Origin: Candidatus Latescibacterota bacterium
Lineage (GTDB): Bacteria > Latescibacterota > UBA2968 > UBA8231
Reading direction: 5' to 3'
Assembly: GCA_963422735.1 (NCBI GenBank)
Contig: OY730476.1
Span: forward strand, 2,176,001-2,240,000
DNA length: 64,000 bases
How positions within the stretch are numbered: position 1 is the first letter of the stretch; every line of letters begins with the position of its first letter. The position numbers and the translations under genes are program-made. This document shows positions 61,001-64,000 of this stretch, piece after piece. Below the pieces are notes generated by a model that was not told the DNA's origin, made no database searches, and saw nothing but the letters and a program-made list of their open reading frames with translations.

Positions 61001-62764
61001 ATGACCCCGCGCCCCAACATCGTCTTCGTCCTCACCGACGACCAAGGCTACGGCGACCTTGGCTGCCACGGCAACGAGGTGATCCGCACGCCTTGCCTCG
61101 ACCACTTCCACCAAGACGCCGCGCGCTTCACCGACTACCACGTCGGCTCCACCTGTGCCCCCACCCGCGCCGGCCTTCTCACCGGCCACTACTGCAATAG
61201 CACCGGTGTCTGGCACACCATCGGCGGCCGCTCGCTGTTGCGCTCCGATGAGTGGACCCTTGCGGACGCGCTTACCAGCGCTGGGTATCGCACCGGGCAC
61301 TTTGGCAAGTGGCATCTCGGCGATAGCCCGCCCTACCGCCCGCACGAGCGCGGCTTTGCCGAATCCGTGTACCACGCTGGCGGCGGCATCGGCAACACGG
61401 GCGACGCCTGGGGCAACGACTACTTTGACGACACCTATTTCAAAAACGGCGTCCCCACCCCGTACGAGGGCTACTGCACGGACGTGTTCTTCCGCGAGGG
61501 TCGGCGCTTTATCGAAGAAAACGCCGACGGACCGTTCTTCTGTTATATCGCCACCAACGCGCCGCACGGGCCGCTCAACATCGCGCCGCGCTACGTCGGG
61601 CAATACCGCGACACCACTCCGCACGAAGACCGCGCTCGCTTCTACGGCATGATCACCAACATCGACGAGAACTTCGGCCGCTTGCAAGTTATGCTCGACG
61701 AGTTGGGCGTCGCTGACAATACCATCCTCATCTTTATGACCGACAACGGCACGGCCACAGGCGTCGAATTAGACGCCGAGCAGTTCCCCCGCGAAGGGCC
61801 GGGCAGCTACAACGCTGGAATGCGCGGGAAAAAAGGTTCCCCGTACGAAGGCGGTCATCGCGTACCCTTTCTCATCCGCTATCCCAACGGGCAAATCGCC
61901 GGCGGCCGCGACATCGACGCGCTGACCAGCTACGTGGATTTCATGCCGACCCTGCTCGACTTGTGCGGGGTCGAAATACCGGCCGGGCGCACCTTTCACG
62001 GCCAAAGTCTAGTGCCGCTTTTACGCGGTGCAGACGATGCGGCTTGGGCCGATCGCGTCACCGTCTGCGACACCCAGCGCGTCGCCGATCCGGTCAAGTG
62101 GCGTAAGAGCGCGGTGATGCAGGGCAAGTGGCGGCTCATCGACGGTCGCACGCTCTACGACCTCGATGCGGATCCCGGCCAGCGTCAGGATATCGCCGCC
62201 GCGCATCCCGACATCGTCGCCGAGCTGCGCGCTTCGTACGATGAGTGGTGGGAGCTCGTGTCCGAGCAGTTCGGCCGCGACGAGCCGATTGCCTTGGGCG
62301 GGGACGACCAACCGGCTAAACTCACCACCCACGATATCCGCAATGAGGCGTGTAGCGCCGTCTGGAATCAGCGCCAAGTCCGCGCCGGGCAGGTTACGAG
62401 TGGTTTTTGGGCCGTCGATGTCAAAGAGGCGGGCCGTTACCAGATTGAGCTGCGGCGCTGGCCCGAAGAAACCGGCTATTCGCTTACTGCGGGGATTGAG
62501 GGCGACGACAGCGGCTGGTATCGCGCTGGCATCCAGCCGAAAGATGCTCCGGCCTACGAAGGCGGGATCGCCCTCCCCCTCGGTTGGGCACAGCTATCCA
62601 TCGGCGGCCAGAATCTCCAGCAAGAAGTCGATCCCACCGCGACGAGTGCCCGCTTTGAGACCGACCTCGCCGCTGGTCCCGACCGGCTCTACGCCTCGTT
62701 CTACGATCGCGCCGAGCGGATTATCGCCCCTTACTACGCGTACGTGCGGCGGCTGTCGGCCTAG
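61001..62764 (+). CDS. Arylsulfatase
   Basis: TDDQGYGD, CAPTR, GKWHLG, NAPH, TDNG. Confidence 0.93.
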   Translation: MTPRPNIVFVLTDDQGYGDLGCHGNEVIRTPCLDHFHQDAARFTDYHVGSTCAPTRAGLLTGHYCNSTGVWHTIGGRSLLRSDEWTLADALTSAGYRTGHFGKWHLGDSPPYRPHERGFAESVYHAGGGIGNTGDAWGNDYFDDTYFKNGVPTPYEGYCTDVFFREGRRFIEENADGPFFCYIATNAPHGPLNIAPRYVGQYRDTTPHEDRARFYGMITNIDENFGRLQVMLDELGVADNTILIFMTDNGTATGVELDAEQFPREGPGSYNAGMRGKKGSPYEGGHRVPFLIRYPNGQIAGGRDIDALTSYVDFMPTLLDLCGVEIPAGRTFHGQSLVPLLRGADDAAWADRVTVCDTQRVADPVKWRKSAVMQGKWRLIDGRTLYDLDADPGQRQDIAAAHPDIVAELRASYDEWWELVSEQFGRDEPIALGGDDQPAKLTTHDIRNEACSAVWNQRQVRAGQVTSGFWAVDVKEAGRYQIELRRWPEETGYSLTAGIEGDDSGWYRAGIQPKDAPAYEGGIALPLGWAQLSIGGQNLQQEVDPTATSARFETDLAAGPDRLYASFYDRAERIIAPYYAYVRRLSA

Positions 62765-62955
62765 CGCGTATGTGCCAGATTTTTAACAGTTTAGACCGCG
62801 CTTCCCTTTTGGTCATTCACTCCCTGATCGGCACTATATTGCTCTCGACGCCAGCATACGCCCTGTCAAGCTCTTTCTGTATTGCGAGATGCCGTCACCA
62901 GCCGGCAATGGCGGCACGTCCTTCCCGGTTAATTGGCCTATCCCTTCCGGCGCGG

Positions 62956-63135
62956 CTACCCATCGCTTGACGAGTCGGCGGGAACAGGTCTTGGCGACAA
63001 CGAGACCATCTCATGGTCGCTTTTTTTTTCTGACTCGCGAGCAGCGCGGCAAATGGCCTTAATGTCGTAATGATACCGCGCCGCATACTCTTCGCGTATG
63101 CGCCGGACTTCTTCAACGATTGGATCGCGCCACAT
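62956..63135 (-). CDS. Small protein downstream of PIN toxin (putative antitoxin)
   Basis: MWRDPIVEEVRRIREEYAA; GGAGG RBS. Confidence 0.6.
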   Translation of the reverse strand: MWRDPIVEEVRRIREEYAARYHYDIKAICRAARESEKKSDHEMVSLSPRPVPADSSSDG

Positions 63136-63139
63136 GATG

Positions 63140-63612
63140 TTAGACCTCCATGAGTTCTTGGGGGGTACAGATAGTTGGTGGTTCGTACCCGAAGGATCGG
63201 CAAATAGCCTCAATTCGAGGACGAAGCACAGCATTGGCAATATGCGTACAATTCCAGGTTAGTAGGTATTCCATGTCGCAAACGGTTGCAATTGCGACGT
63301 GTAAGGCATCCACTTGTGCCTTCTCAGGTAGAGGCACTTGGCGGACCAATGCATCGGCTAAAGTCTCAACAGATTCGGTGACAGCAAGTTGCCGGATAGT
63401 AGCGATCATATCCAAACGCGCTTTCGCGAGAACCGCGTCTCCCGCTACACACTCATTGATAACAAATTGCGAAATGAAAAGGTCAAAATTTTCGCGTCGG
63501 TCGTTCCCCAATCGTGGGTCAATTGCTGGTTTGCCGCCGAGACCAAATCACGACTTGGTCTCGATGTGAGGTAACTGATGAAGCTGGTTTCGATGTAAAC
63601 TGTAGATTTCAT
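63140..63612 (-). pseudogene. PIN-domain toxin with a 1-nt frameshift (~63510)
   Basis: VYIETSFISYL...THDW then shifted frame DALHVAIA...LLTWNCTHIAN. Confidence 0.8.
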
Positions 63613-63623
63613 AATCTTGGCAA

Positions 63624-63790
63624 TCACTTAGCTTCAACCGATTCGCCGTTATTTTTCATATCGGCATACACCATGTCGAGCTCTTGCTGAATTGCGAGCG
63701 TCAGCCCAATGGCCGTCACCATCCGGCAGTAGGTGAGGATGTCGGCGAGGTTGAGGCAGCGATCCTGGCGATACCCCAATCACTTGGTAA
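63624..63790 (-). pseudogene. C-terminal remnant of a type ISP/IIG-like restriction-modification enzyme
   Basis: K*LGYRQDRCLNLADILTYCRMVTAIGLTLAIQQELD resembles the KWL..R...L...I..Y..I..A...T...ELD terminus of such enzymes. Confidence 0.45.
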
Positions 63791-64000
63791 AACCGAGAGT
63801 TGCATATGTGTCTCGCTTCCTGATGATCTGGCAGTCCGTGTACTCGATTAACGTGTCGCGGACTGCCCGTGTTAGTTGTCGACTTTCGCCAACGTGCGCA
63901 GCTCGAATTGGCTCCAATTTATACCACTTCTATTGCAGTGCCTTCTAATACTCTTGGATTCATTCCCGCTCCTTGTGAATCCACCCCCAGAATAGATTAT

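Noticed and set aside
60719-61687. ORF with SDQWLVV repeats
   Set aside because: Antisense to the sulfatase and reads through the 21-bp array; shadow ORF.

Overview
GC-rich bacterial chromosomal segment dominated by catabolic enzymes: about 9 intact PhyH-family Fe(II)/2-oxoglutarate dioxygenases plus a fragment, enolase-superfamily dehydratases, amidohydrolases, Gfo/Idh/MocA and Zn-dependent dehydrogenases, aldo-keto reductases and two sulfatases. Interspersed are secreted proteins, toxin-antitoxin pairs, defence-type ATPases and many internally deleted pseudogenes, including a type I-G-like cas3 relic. The gene content suggests a Latescibacterota/Poribacteria-like lineage (inference only). 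No rRNA, tRNA, transposase, integrase or reverse transcriptase was recognised. The most notable non-coding structures are: (1) a ~190-bp MITE-like element (13-bp terminal inverted repeats, perfect 8-bp target duplication) carrying an expandable G-rich heptamer array, present in two copies and related to three more intergenic heptamer arrays; (2) two 37-nt CRISPR-like repeats flanking a small orphan ORF; (3) three cases where small cargo sits between an intact gene 3' end and a diverged second copy of that 3' end. All calls come from motif recognition by eye; no database searches were run.
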